From Perna viridis (taxonomy: Eukaryota), in assembly GCA_037379345.1 (NCBI GenBank), contig CM074520.1, forward strand, positions 7,068,001-7,132,000: a DNA stretch of 64,000 nt. The letters are read 5' to 3'. Positions 27,701 to 41,642 of this stretch are shown one piece after another; the first letter of the stretch is position 1; the number at the start of each line of letters is the position of its first letter. The notes below the pieces were generated by a model, which worked only from the letters and a program-made list of their open reading frames with translations, was not told the origin of the DNA and ran no database searches. Position numbers and translations under genes: made by a program.

Positions 27701-30700
27701 TTGAAAAACTTGAAAAATTTAACAAGTTTTATCCAAAGAGATGACCTTTGCCCTCTTTGACAGAGTTAATCCCCCTGACATTGATGTTAACACCTGCCAA
27801 CAGGTGATCATGGTCAAACAGTTCTTTTTATCTAACTATTTTAATCCTTGGTATTGGTCCATAGGATGAACTTATCCAGTATTGAAATGTATGGACAGAA
27901 ATGGTATAAGTCTAACGGGCCAAAATAATACAGCATTGGAATTTGGACCAAACCCTCATGATATGAAGAATTAGCTTCCACTTTATTTCTATGGAGTAAA
28001 AATTAGGTTCCTCAATGTAACAGCATGCCCTTAATTAAAGTACCGATAAATAATACATCATTTGAAGACAAACCAACATCCCTTTTCTTGTGATTACAAC
28101 ACTATCATTTTTTACCATCCTATACTATAGCAATGGTAACCCTAGATGTACTTGTTCTGCCATTCATCATCATTTTTAAAAGTGGAGGTATAAACCAAAA
28201 ATTAAATGGACAGGTCATATGTTACATCACTGTCTGTACCTGGTAAAAAAGAATTAACATGATAATGAATTCCACCCCCAAAAATAATGTTGTAAAGCAC
28301 ATGTAGCCACAAGCATTTAATGCCACCTCTGAGAAAAAGCTTCATTTTTTATAATCATCATAAATTTACAAGCATGGTTAAATCTTGTTTGTTGTAATTC
28401 TCTTCCAACAGATTTTAGCTCTCTACTGATGAAATAGTAATTTTTTTATATTTCATATTTGTTTGGTGACAATACAATACATGATACACTATTATTGCAA
28501 AACCCCTTGGTACCTCAAAATGGATAAAGACAAAATTAACGACACATATTGTTCATCTTCTGACAAGAATTCATAACCAATTTGTCATCTTTAAAAGAAT
28601 TACTGATTCATGTACTGGACAAATATATACATGGCCAAATACACAGCTTGAACATGCTTTAAGTGTGATTTTCAGATTGTGTCTTTTTCCCATACAACCA
28701 AATAAAAATTCATGTCAAAACTTGATTTTATGTTAAATCTTAAAAGACACTATTGAGCACACTTATTTCCGAAAATACACAGAAAAGAATGGTTTAAAAT
28801 GTAAGATTTTTATCCACATTCCATCAAATGTGTGGTTTTTAAAAAGCATTTTGAAGTCGTGAACAACCAAGTACCGATTTATACATGAGATCAATACCAA
28901 TACCGAGACACTACGAGACATGACAGAATAATTATCCTTTTTAACAAACTTTTGAAAAAAGAAGTTTTTTTAAGTTAAGTAGAGAAATTATTTGGCTCTA
29001 TGCCATCTTAATAAAATTTTTAAACTAATGTAAGTTTACATTGTGAATTAAGTGCAGCTTAGTATTTGCTTGGCCAAACCATTCAAATTAAAGAAACCAA
29101 AGAATGTTTAAATTTAAGGTTTTTTTATCACCCACTGTACACAATAATTGACCTATAAATAAAACTGAAAAACATTCTGCAAAACTGAGCAATAATCCTC
29201 TAGTCATATACCAAGGAAGAATGATATGAAAGGAAAATGCACATTGCATGCTAAAGGGCTTCTGGGTACATTCAAACTATAACAGCAAAATGAACTGCTA
29301 CTTGTCAATTACAGTGTTACGTCTTAACATTTTATCACTAGGTAAAAATTCTTCCATCAAATTGTATTCTAAAAGTATCTTCTAAAATCTATTTCAATTT
29401 CCTATGGCCCATTATGGAGCAAGAACACTCAAAATTTTTACATGCACAAAGAGTGTTACAATGTATAGGTCCCTTCACATGATAAAATATCTTATAACTT
29501 CAAAAGATACTTGAAAGTTTAATTTCCGCAGTGTTATGTTGACCCCCTAACCAGGTGAAGTTTCCTTTGATGTCCAACAAAACTCGTTACCTGTAAAATC
29601 GTGAATTTAAAACTATGCCTAGGAGAAAACAAACAACAGTGAATAATTTTCTTATTTATATTGCAAAGTGACATTCAAAATTTAAACTGTGTCTAGAATA
29701 AATTAAGAAATGATTATATTCATATGTTAAAATTATTAGACTCATCAATAATAGTTTTAAATAGGATTTGAAGATAAATTGCCGTAATAAGGCTATTGTG
29801 GATTGCAAAGATATCCTCCCAATGGGACAGTCAATTTCAAAACTATTTATTAGATGCTATTGCAAAGTACACATTGTTTTTTTAGTTTTTTTTTACAAAC
29901 TCATGTTTTATTAATTTCTTTATTGTGTGTTGCATACATTAAAAAGCCATTGACTATTATAAACAAATCTTGAAGATCATCTAATTCTGTATTACCTGAT
30001 CAAAGAGTAAGAAACTCTCAATTTCAATCATTATTACATGACCATGTTTCCGTACCATTTGGGTAAAAAAAGTTTTAACGTCCAAAACAGGCTTAAAACT
30101 TAATAAATTAGACAGAAATAGACAATCCTTAAAAATTAGAACATTTTTTTCAACCATACCAAGTTTGTTTAGAATGGTTAGGTTCAAACTGACAATTGAG
30201 GTATTTGGAGGACACTTTCACACATGACACTTGACAAATGTATCAGAGAGAGAGATAACAAAAGGGCATCTGTCACAATGTGGACAACCAGATACAACTC
30301 CAAATAGATTCTCCACCATGTTGCCAAATGTTGGCCCATCTAATCAGGTGGAAAATGGACACGCCCAGTATTACTTTACGATATTTTAAATCCAATATAG
30401 ATCACAAATCAACATCATACTAACAATAGATCATGATTTCATAACAAACATGCTGATTTGCTTGACGAAAACATCAATATATCAATACAATAATGGCTAT
30501 AACATCTGAAAACAAATTCTACATCATCACGCTTCTAAGTTATTAGCTGACAAGTGTGAACTATCAACTGATGCCCTAAGCCTAAGAGCTAGTCTCTTTG
30601 TCACATTCATTTGAGCAGCAGGGGTATATAGGAAGAAGAATAAAATTCATCTAAATTCAAATCAAGTTGGATTATTAAACTGTATATATAACCTGTACAC

Positions 30701-32869
30701 CTATATTTTATAGAGGTAAACCGCATCGATCCTTGTCGAAATCTGTCTGAACTTAACCCAACTAATATCAATAGCGTTTCTCCTGCTGTTTTCTTAAATG
30801 AAAATATTAAAATCAGAATAGGAAATACTTAATAATGGTGTGCTTCAAAAATATGCATAAATTTTCTGAACAGATGTCATGTGCACTTTGGCAAAAATTA
30901 TAAATTCTTTGATATCAACATTCATGCAATGATTTATTTTGAGGTTTAACATAAAGAATATAATGAGGACATTTAAAACAGTTGGGAAAAAAATGAAAAT
31001 ACAAGAATTCCATAGGTTTGTTAAGACTAAAAGTATGGGAATGATTTAGTATAATTTAATTATTTAAGTGGTAGAACTTTCCTGATTCAAGCATCCAAAG
31101 AAGTAATGAAATCATTACCTGTTCTATTGTTTTAAGTGATGTTAACTGAGTCAAATAGTTGGGACAGTATTTCAAAGATATGTTCACTATAAGTCACTGT
31201 AGCACATTATTCATTTACCTATTTCTGGAGATTCTAATTTGCATATCTAAATTTAATTTAATATAAGTTCTAAAACTAAATTTCATTTGTGATCATTCAT
31301 GATAGATGAAGAAAAAAATTGCAACATTATATAATTTGTAGTCTTGTTGAAATCGATGACCAACAGAACGTCTAGTAAGTCCTCTCAAATTTAGGCAATC
31401 ATCTGTGTGGTCCAATATAGAACAGGAATTCATCAAGGTTCCAAAAAAACTAGTTTCTTAAACTGTAATTTTAACTAATTACACACATCTATGTTAAATC
31501 ACCACACTTATAAGACAATCAACATTTAAAAGGACAGAAAAGGTCCAAATGTCGCATGTTAATGAATAATTATAAGAACTGGAACAAAACAATTAACATA
31601 CTACCGATGTGATTCAGACCACTGTTCACTGAACACCCCTAAATTAGAAATGCTCAGCCTTCCTTTCAATACTTCAAATTGCACCCTTTCAATCAAGAGA
31701 CGAGATTGTCATCAAAATTGTACCTCAATGTCGTGACCACAGTAATGGTGGCTATTGGAGAGAGTGATATATAGGTCCCACAGAGAACAAATTATAACTT
31801 TTCACCCTCTTGTTCTAACACAAAGGTCCTTTTTAATGGTGGACCACTGTGAATTAATCTTGATAATTCATTCATCTGAGAAAGGTCCTCAACAATTTGG
31901 TTTTAAATAACCCAGTGGTCTTGTCATATTGAAAGGCCCTCACTTTTCTGTTCACTTCCTCTGCAGACAGTCAGGATTTAAATTCACATTTTTTTGTCTT
32001 TTTTTATTTTAGAAAATAGGTTACCCCATAAGTTTGACAAAGTTCTCACATAAAAGGCAAAGTAAAAAAGAAGTAAAATAATAAGAAAGAAGTTTTTCTT
32101 TGGTTAAAAAATTTCCAGATGTATTTTTGTGAAATAATTCTATATCTTATTTCTAAACCACAATAACTTATTTGTATAAATATGATATTAAATATGTAAA
32201 ACCATCACAGAGAGAAGAAAAAGTATATCTAACATGGCTTGCATTTGTACATTTCCATATACACTTTACACCTGCATACAATTTTGATGAAAAACATCAT
32301 TATTTGTAGCTTGATAAAAAACCTTAAGGACAACTACTTGAAAGTTTTCATAGTAAATACAATAGTAGCTGATACAAATCTATAGTACTGGATATCACAA
32401 ACGTCTTTTGTCTGGTTGACCTCAAAAGTTCATGTAAACATAACTATATGGAAACTTTCCCCATTTATGTGAGTATGATATGTCCCACATATGTCAGAAG
32501 GGCTGATAAGATTACAAATGTTTTGCTTTTTTACTTTTTAAAAGTTCATTGGTTTTTAATCGTATGCAAATTTTGTTTTGTCTTAACAGATTAGTTTGTT
32601 GCTTTTCTTCAGAATGATCAACGAGTTGGTATGTTCTACCGACATTGTTTCAGGTGACTAGGTTTTCTGGTAGGTGGTATACAATGATTCACACTATAAT
32701 GCCACACCTTCGTAAGAAAAATGGCACAAATATATTGTCAATGCTTCTGTTTATCATTTGTTTAAGAATTCTTTCAGAATTTCTATCAAAATCAAACCAA
32801 AGAATTCAATTTTAAACTTAAGTTCAAACACCAGAAGAGTTCAACAAAATTCATACACTGTGAGAAACA

Positions 32870-32925
32870 AAATGTTCATCAGGTGAGCAATCCCTTCAAA
32901 TGTTCATCAGGTGAGCAATCCCTTC
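32870..32925. repeat. Perfect 28-bp tandem duplication
   Basis: AAATGTTCATCAGGTGAGCAATCCCTTC x2. Confidence 0.93.
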
Positions 32926-35273
32926 GAAAGAAGCATGTACAAACATACCACCAATAAAACTAGTGGTAAGTGTTGGTCAATGGGGCAATACTCTAGGGCT
33001 TTATGGCCAATGTTTTATGTTTATAATATGGTTAAATGTTCATTTCACTTCAGTCATAAATGGTCAGTGTCTCTATACAAAGCTCTATACCTGAACCTTT
33101 TAAAGTAATAAAACCTTCAATATACCAAAACTTGTCTTCTACAATGGCCTAATGATGGTCTTACAACAGCCATCTATATTGTGTGAGTAGATATAACCCT
33201 ATCATTTCAAATATCAATTGATCTCAAGGTTTTATGACCAATACTTTTATGAATTTATCTATTTCAATAAGTGCCAAACTTCATGTATACTTATTGCTTG
33301 AATAAAATGAAATTTTAAAATGGTATCTGCATGAATCTCAAACATCATCAAATGCGTCCTTGAATGAGCTTCCACATTTATGTATATGATTAATATCTAA
33401 ACCAGAAATGGTACAAAATAATGGAAATATCTGTGACCCAACACATTAAGATAAAAGTTGCCAAACAAAGAATACATACCACTAAGTGCATTCAAATTGA
33501 GGGGAAAATAAACGATCAAAATACCACGACCCAAAATTAATTATGTGCAACGAATACTAATCACTTGATTGAATTTTCAGAATTGCACCTATTTCAACCA
33601 ACAGAACCAGCAGAGACAACAATGCATGAAATATAGGATTGAAATACACAATCTACATGGACAATGCATCAAAGTATTAGAGTCCTAAATTTATCCTACA
33701 TCAACAAATTGTTACTAGGAAGAAACCCTTTCATTTTCCAGTCGAGAAAAAGAAATTTTGCTGTAGACACTGAAATAAATTTCAAGGTTAGACAAATGAC
33801 AGCACAATCACCAAGCAACTTTATACAGTAAACAACTAAGCAAGCCCTACGATAGAACAACATTCTGTCTAGACCTACATGAATACTATACTAATTTGAA
33901 AGCATGATATAAATTTTATGAACTTGTATAAGTAAACAGAATCCACTGATTCCATGCAGTCCATCACAGCAACAAATTATATATCTGTTTACCAATTGAT
34001 CATTTTCTGCTGTTATATAAAACATAGCTGACATTGCTTACTAATGATTTAATGGTGAAAACATGTAAGAAGCATCTGTTTAACAGTTAATTTCTACAAT
34101 GTTCATGGGTTTTAGATGGTTTCACTGTTGTCTCCTTACCAACCTACCTAACATTTTTGTCATTGCTTTCAAAACAAGTGCAAATAGCATTTTAGCAGCA
34201 AAAATGCATAACTATGAAGTTATAATGAGAGCAATTTATCAACTATAAACAACTGGTGTTTTATGGTTAATTTAAGACTGACTTTCTAGTTCATTTACAA
34301 GGTATTTCTGGTCCAGATCATACGGACAGGGGTAAGATAAACTAAAGCTGCAACCAGCATCCCCTCATATCAGCACAGAAGACCAGGAAATTTCCAAAGG
34401 ATCTCTGAACATGAATATTAAACCAAAAAAGTCCATACACAGATGGAAAGGGGGAGAATCTTACAGACAAAGCATCACATCAGTACTAAACAACAACCAT
34501 AGGGAGACAGTGAGAACTTAACTGATGTAGAAAAGGGGAAAAATACTGAGAGACAATGATTCCAACATCATATGTCTAACCAAAATCACAACAAAAAGGT
34601 GGATTTAGTCTTCAATATGGAAAGACTTTCACTAAGCAATCTTTCACAACCATTTCAGACCAACTGTTCATATAAAATGGAAATGAATCAATGGACACTG
34701 GGTCATTCTTTATTAGTCATTACAATGACCTCTATAATCCTAAGCCATAAATCTGACTAATTAAGTTCATAAGTTCATACAATAAATTATCAGCATCTCC
34801 AAACTATCAAATGGCAATAATCTGTTGTAAAGCCCTCTTTATTTCCATAAATTTCATGGGACAAATTCTAAATAAGGATTCTGCATGCCTTTCCATTTAA
34901 TTCTTTAGATTTTTATGACAATGTATTTATAGGGCTGTGAGCATGCATGACATTTGTAAGGTAGATTGTGGACAGCTTATTAACCATGTGAACTCTTCAG
35001 CTCCCATAAATCTGTAAAGGAATTGAATTTTCACTGAAAACCCTGCATGACCCAATTGTTCCACAAAAATACCCATCTTTATAGAACACAGAAATCAGCA
35101 CTAGATGGTCATCATAAGAGATGATTTTTATAGGAACTTGACTTCTGGCCCATTTCTGGAAACTTAAAATTAAATGTCTAGGCAGTTTTTGATATGAATT
35201 TACAACTGGTCAACCTTTGGTCAAATCTGTTCCCATGACAAGGAAAGAAAATAGACAACTGCATTATTACTCA

Positions 35274-35661
35274 TAAGCGTAAGTATTTAAGAATCAGGCA
35301 AAATGTGAAAAATCAGAAACATGCATGTCAAAACCCCACCGATCTGGCAATGTAATATCACTCAATGATATATTCTCTATTAGAAAAGACCATTATTTTA
35401 CCTCTGCATCACTGGCTTTGCCCAGAAAATTTTCAATAGAATGTTAGAAAAATGAGCTTTTTGATACAGATATCTAACCTTGAAATGTTCATTTTCAGTG
35501 CATTTCAAAAAATTATAAATCAATGCAACAATATGACATGGAAAATATCGTCTTCTTTCCTTGATTCTGATGGTGTAGACAGTCTAATTACACCATCAAA
35601 ATGATGGTTTTTTCATACCATGTTTTGCCCACTGCCTGATTCTAACAAGGACAGACACTTA
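35274..35661. mobile_element. MITE copy 1 (about 390 bp)
   Basis: Imperfect TIRs TAAGCGTAAGTATTTAAGAATCAGGCA / TGCCTGATTCTAACAAGGACAGACACTTA; colinear similarity along its length to 60995-61360. Confidence 0.82.
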
Positions 35662-38600
35662 AGTGGTTGCCACAGTGACAATTCATAACATCAAAAGAAT
35701 GCACGTTTTACAATTTAAACCCATTAATCAAACTTTTGATGAAAAAATTTAACTTTAGTGAGTCTGTTTAAAATGTTTCAATGAGGCTTAAAATTGGACA
35801 TCTTGCTCAATTTCTTTTCTCCTACTCAAAGATCAATCGTTCTTTAGATATTGTTACAATATTGGCACAAGAAGTGTTATGCAATGTAAAAAGTGATATT
35901 GGTTTACAATATGCATCCCAAAAATACAATTACTGCCAATTTTCCAGTTTTTATTTGAATTTTTATCCATTTCAATTCATTCCTATTACGGAATTACTCT
36001 AATTCTTTCCTGTATTAAATCAGAGAAAATATGACTTTACACAAAAACAACAAACATATTACATGGCATTACAGTAATCCAAAATAAATAAGAAAAGATA
36101 CCAGTAAAACAAGATTTTTGCTTTCATGCCAATAAATGTACCAAACTAATCAGGAGACGACCAAGCTGATCAAAAGCTGGAATTCAACAGAATCAATGGA
36201 AATTGTTCTAAATCAAATCTGGCTCTTTTAGTGACAATAATTCTTTTAGTCAATAATTCTTTTTATCTTACTTCGGGAACAGTCATCTGATTTTTACATT
36301 TGGCTAGATTTTTCTTACTGGATTTCTTATAATTATCTTTGACTTTTATTTTCCATTTGAAGACTTTTTATTGTGACGAACTACTCATTTTAAATAGTTT
36401 ATCACTGGAGTTCTAATCCTGTATTTCCCTTTCAGATTCTACACTGACAATAAACTCTACTTTACTCTCTTAGATTCTTTCTTTTTCCTTATTTCATGAA
36501 CTTAGGCAAGTAATGAATGACACAGTTGTTTTTTGTAATTCTGATAAAAATATAACTTTAACAAGATGTTTATCTCAAAGAAGATAACTTCCCTTTGATT
36601 GTAAATATATTAAGAAACCATATGTGTTAAACTCAAAGGTAATGAAAGTGCTATAAATTATCATAAAATTTATCAAATTTATAAAATAGCTATAAAATTC
36701 ATTCAATTTGCTACATTTAAATTCTTAACATGATTCAAAAGAATAAAGTGTGAATAAATATTCTTGTTTGAAATTTTGTAATAAATAAATAAAATTTATA
36801 AAGTTGCAAAAGCAGATGTATTTAAAGTTCTGTCTCATTTTCTTTATTTTTCACTTTTCCTTCCAGCTTTTTTTCAAATTACAGAGCAAGAAGTGTGCAA
36901 ATGGGGGAAACAATTGAGTGAAAGAATAACTGTCTGTTTAGAAAACAATTAAGGTGCCTTAGGGAATGACAAATCTACAAATTCTTCATTTTTATTTCAT
37001 GACTTTCTCTGAACTATTGGACTGTAACAGGAGTAGATTATCTTTATCGAAAATCAGTAATTATACTGACTAATTTCCGTTAATGGGATAATCAAAGAAG
37101 TCTATTTTTTCTACAGATTTTGGAGATAATGTAAAAAGCATGTCATTTCGATTTTTCTTTTGTGTTTTGCTTGATTGATCCGAGTCAATTCGGACATTTA
37201 CCTGCTAGTGTTTCATGATTATGAAGATAAACATTTGTGAGAACCTCAAATATTTCCCATTTTATCAGGGATTTAAAACATTAATGGGATAAACCCTGCA
37301 TTATTATGGAATGTTATTGTAACAAAATTTTGTTTGTCTTAGTATTATCATCAATTATCTCGTGTTTGATTATTTTTATTGAGCCAATATCTGAGTAATC
37401 TCCTCTAATTTTACTAAGACTGGTCAAAACTGATACATCTGTGGATTAAGAGTAGATTTCCAAGTAGAAAATGATTATTTTACATTATATAACTGTAATA
37501 ACAAGATGGATCAAGAAAAATAAGGGTTACATACATTGTCACAAGATCTAAATTACTTAGTCAACAATCACACATATGTGTAGATCCTAATTCAAAATTG
37601 TCTAGGTAAGTTCTAAAGCCCAAAAGACAACACACTAATGTTTGACAATTCACTATGTGATATAACTTGAATGAATGCCATAGAAACTGAGAACTTCATA
37701 AGTACACTTTAAATTTAAAAAAACCTTTACAAACTTAATCCCAAGTCAAATATGGACTCAGTGGAGTAAACAAAGGGCCAAATGTAAAGAAGAAGAATGG
37801 TCACATGGGTTTAAAGTAGTATAAAATTTAAAGAGATTGGACATAATGAGTTGGTAGTATATAATGGGAAATCAAGGCTTTTCTAAGGCTTATTATCGTA
37901 TGACACCCAAACCTTGTAGACCACTTGAAGAAAATTAAACAAAAATTATGCAAATTCTACTCTTGATTATGTCAACATCCACAATCTAGACATGGCTTTC
38001 CAATTTTTGAGACGAAAATCATTGAATTTTTAAGTTTGGAGTGATTTAACCCTCACTCGTTGACTCTATCAGTACTTCAGAATAATATGGTCTGTATTTT
38101 CTAAATCTGAAGTATACTATTATGAGCTGAGCAAATGAAGTAAAAACATCGTAATTCAAATAGTTGTCAGACTCAGACCAATAACGACAAAATCAGTTCT
38201 ATTAAGATTCTACTTCACACTTTTTTAAACGAATTCCACAAAGTACTCCCCAGAATGTCATTATCAAACTGTCTTGTTTTCAATATGTTAAGTCAAAGAA
38301 TTCTGCCATAATACCACTCAATGTTTACTTTTAAGAAGACGGTCACTGAAAACATGCTCATCAAAAGAAAAGAAATACTTTATAGGAAAGGCTGGATAAC
38401 ATACAAGTTTACCAAACAGTCAATTAAGAGATTTTGTTGGTAGTTTTATCTCCTTAAAGATTTTCAGATGACCAAATTCTTGGTTTAGTTCCTACTCATT
38501 TCTCTTTTACATAGATATCAAACAAATTTGTAGCTATAAACCAAGGTCACCAGGTCATGTCTTCATTGTAACAGTATCCATGTTCAAGTACAGATTGCAA

Positions 38601-41600
38601 GTATTCAGTTTACGGTATGTATTCAACCCAGGACCATTTAAAAGGTGTCTTTCACTAGCAGTGTTAAAAAATATAAGAAATTTTTAATTTTTGTTGCATT
38701 AGAAGAAAATTAAAAGATTGGACAACCGGTAAAGTTATTCTGAAATTTCTTGGACATACTTTGTTTCTGCAAATTTTTTTAATAAAATGATCTGATATGT
38801 TAATTCCAAGACTTTGTAAACAATAAATTTCAAATAAAAATAATCAGTCATACAAGCATTTACACTAAAGCTGAAATGATCAGTTCAAAACATTTCAATA
38901 CCTCTGAACACTTTGGACCTCATTTTTCCCTGCCACAGAAAAAAATTTCTTACAAAACAGTTTAAATTCAAAAATTAAGCTAAAATCTTTTATCCAAATC
39001 ACGTTCCATAGATTTGATTTTGGAAAAGATAAGAGAAACAAATTTTGTCAAACTGTGAAAATTCAATGCACATTAAATTTTTGTATTGTGACGTTCTAAC
39101 ATTGATTTTTACACTAAAATCGCCCGTTGTTGATACAACAGAGGACTGTCTTCCACATTTTAATATATTAATCGTGTTTTATTCATGGGAGGCAAAGTAT
39201 CTACTTCACAATGCATGTTTTAGGTGCAGCTAATCTTCTTTGCACATTACAGCTCATTTGTGATATAAATGTAAGAGAGATGTGCCTTTATACAGCTGTA
39301 TAAGTTATGTAAAGAAAAGAAAGTTGTTAAAATATTTAATAAAAAATATGAAGACTGAGAATGTATGTGGTGAGTAAACTGCATGTAAACAAAAAGATTT
39401 ACAGGAGTTGCAAAATAAAAACATTGTCTGAAATAAGAACCTATAGGAGTCATAAAATACCGAAGTTTTCTGGAAGGAAACCCTCAAGTAATTAATTACA
39501 GTATATACATTTGTATCAATTAATTACATTATACATATTTTTATAATGCTATAAATCAATTTATGAAAAAAATAAAGTGTAAAATGTAATTACATGTACT
39601 TTGATATTAGAGCAGGATTAAGTCAAAATTAATCTACTATGATGAAATAATCTGGAGTGTTTAACATACCAAGGAATACAAAAAAAATACATCTTGTTAT
39701 ATAATCCTGCCAGAGAGATGTTAACCCATGTGTGTGTACTATTACTACTACACTCTAGATCATAGTCTATGATTAGTAAGATCATAGCAAAGCACATGGC
39801 TCAGCAAAAAGTGGGGTACAAATAACCAAGAGAAGTTTATGAAGCACTCAAACTAGTTGAATGCTACTCATAATAAAATTATTTCAGATGATTCTCGTGT
39901 ATAAAAAAAAAGTTTGCCATGAAAATAAATACTTGTAACCAAACAACAGAGCAATAAAAATTATACTGATACAAAAAATTGTGATCTTAATTCAAAGAAT
40001 TCTCCCCTAATTTTACATTCATCAAGTAATTATAATATGGTAATATACCCTTATATATTTGACTTTTAAATGACTTGTTTTGCTTTTTAACATATTTTTC
40101 TGACTTAGTTAAGATTTTTAACAAAGATAGTCAAGCAAAAGGGATCATAACATACTGTAATATAAATTAAGCTTTCATCTGGACACAAAATTACCTTTTC
40201 AAAAGATGTCAACAGGGGTCAAGTTTCAATTTGCGTGAGCACGAACAAAGGGGAAGTGCTTGTTTTATTAAAACTCACACTGCTGCGAGCAGACAAACCC
40301 ATTCACAGCACCAAACGACCACCAAAATTATCTAAGTCACTAATTGCTTCAATTTCCGTCAAGTTGCTTTTAAGGAATTTTAAAACTATCGTCACTTTTC
40401 CTTTAATAGTGCATAAATATAGTGATATAAAAGCTGAAAAAAGCCTTCATACATTTAAACAATAATATGCAAATGAGGAGACAGGAAATAGAGTAATAAT
40501 GACAGAAGGCATATTTGTCTCATGTTTAATTCATGAGACTTGATGAATTGTATGAATCAAAATGCAAAAATAGAAGAACTCTTTAAAAATCATTTAAATA
40601 TGGTTGAATAATTAAACTTCATAAGATAGGCAAAGCTTAAATATATCTTTTATACATGTATGTATTTGCAGCAGGTCCACACTATAAAACATTTCTTTTA
40701 ATTAATGACCTTGCACATTAAGTATTTTCATTAATTATACGAGAAAAATAAGCACTTAAAAATAATAGTTTTCCATCACTTTTCCAGTTTCCTTTGCATA
40801 TTTTCAACACCTGTTTCTGAAGTCTCGTTCAGGTAAATTTGCACCACCTGTGTTGTGGAGAAGGTGATTCATAAAAAAATGACTAAATAACCATTATCAT
40901 CAATTTATCTTTGACCAAAAACTTGTGAAAAGCTGAAAAAAACTATTCATCTTAGTGTCTACTTGTATCTCCTCCAGCAACTGAGAAAATGAAGATACCA
41001 AAATATTACACAGATAATACTGTAGTACTGTGTATTGAAAATTGGTACAATTTTTTTATAAAAATGAGGAAGTTTTATTTTTGCAAATTTAAACATGTGT
41101 AAAACAAAAGTTGCATGCATTAAAATGATTTGAGTATGAATTAATACAAATTTCTTTAGAAACCAGTTGATCCTTTGTGTTTTTTTAAGTTTTAATTCTT
41201 CCTACATGTACACATATTAAGGATTATATACATATGTACAATGAATATCCAGTCAAGCAGTTCCTCTATATTGTTTTACATCCAAATGAAAGATAAATGA
41301 ACAATACAAACAGATAGAATAACTGCATATTTCAACATAATGATTGTTATTATTATATTTCAAATTATTTTAAGCAGAATTTTCACATTTGGTACGTTTT
41401 CTATTCACAGATTCATTTTTTGTTTTAGTACACAGTATTTAAATCTCTCTACATTTTTTTGAAGTTTTTTTTTGTTGATTTACAAATTGTACACAAAAGA
41501 TTCGTAAAAATTTTAATAAAATACATGTATCCTTGTTGAACGAAAAAGGAAACACATAAATCCTAGAGTTTTCCAAATGTCCTCAAAATACATGTACAGT

Positions 41601-41642
41601 GCACTCTAACCTTGTATACAAAAAAAGACAAGCAGCACTTAC

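Larger units (their letters stand above)
6028..41642 (-). other. 35.6-kb intron of Dachsous
   Basis: GT at 41642, AG at 6028; the flanking exons join in frame inside one cadherin repeat; no recognisable coding exon in between. Confidence 0.88.
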
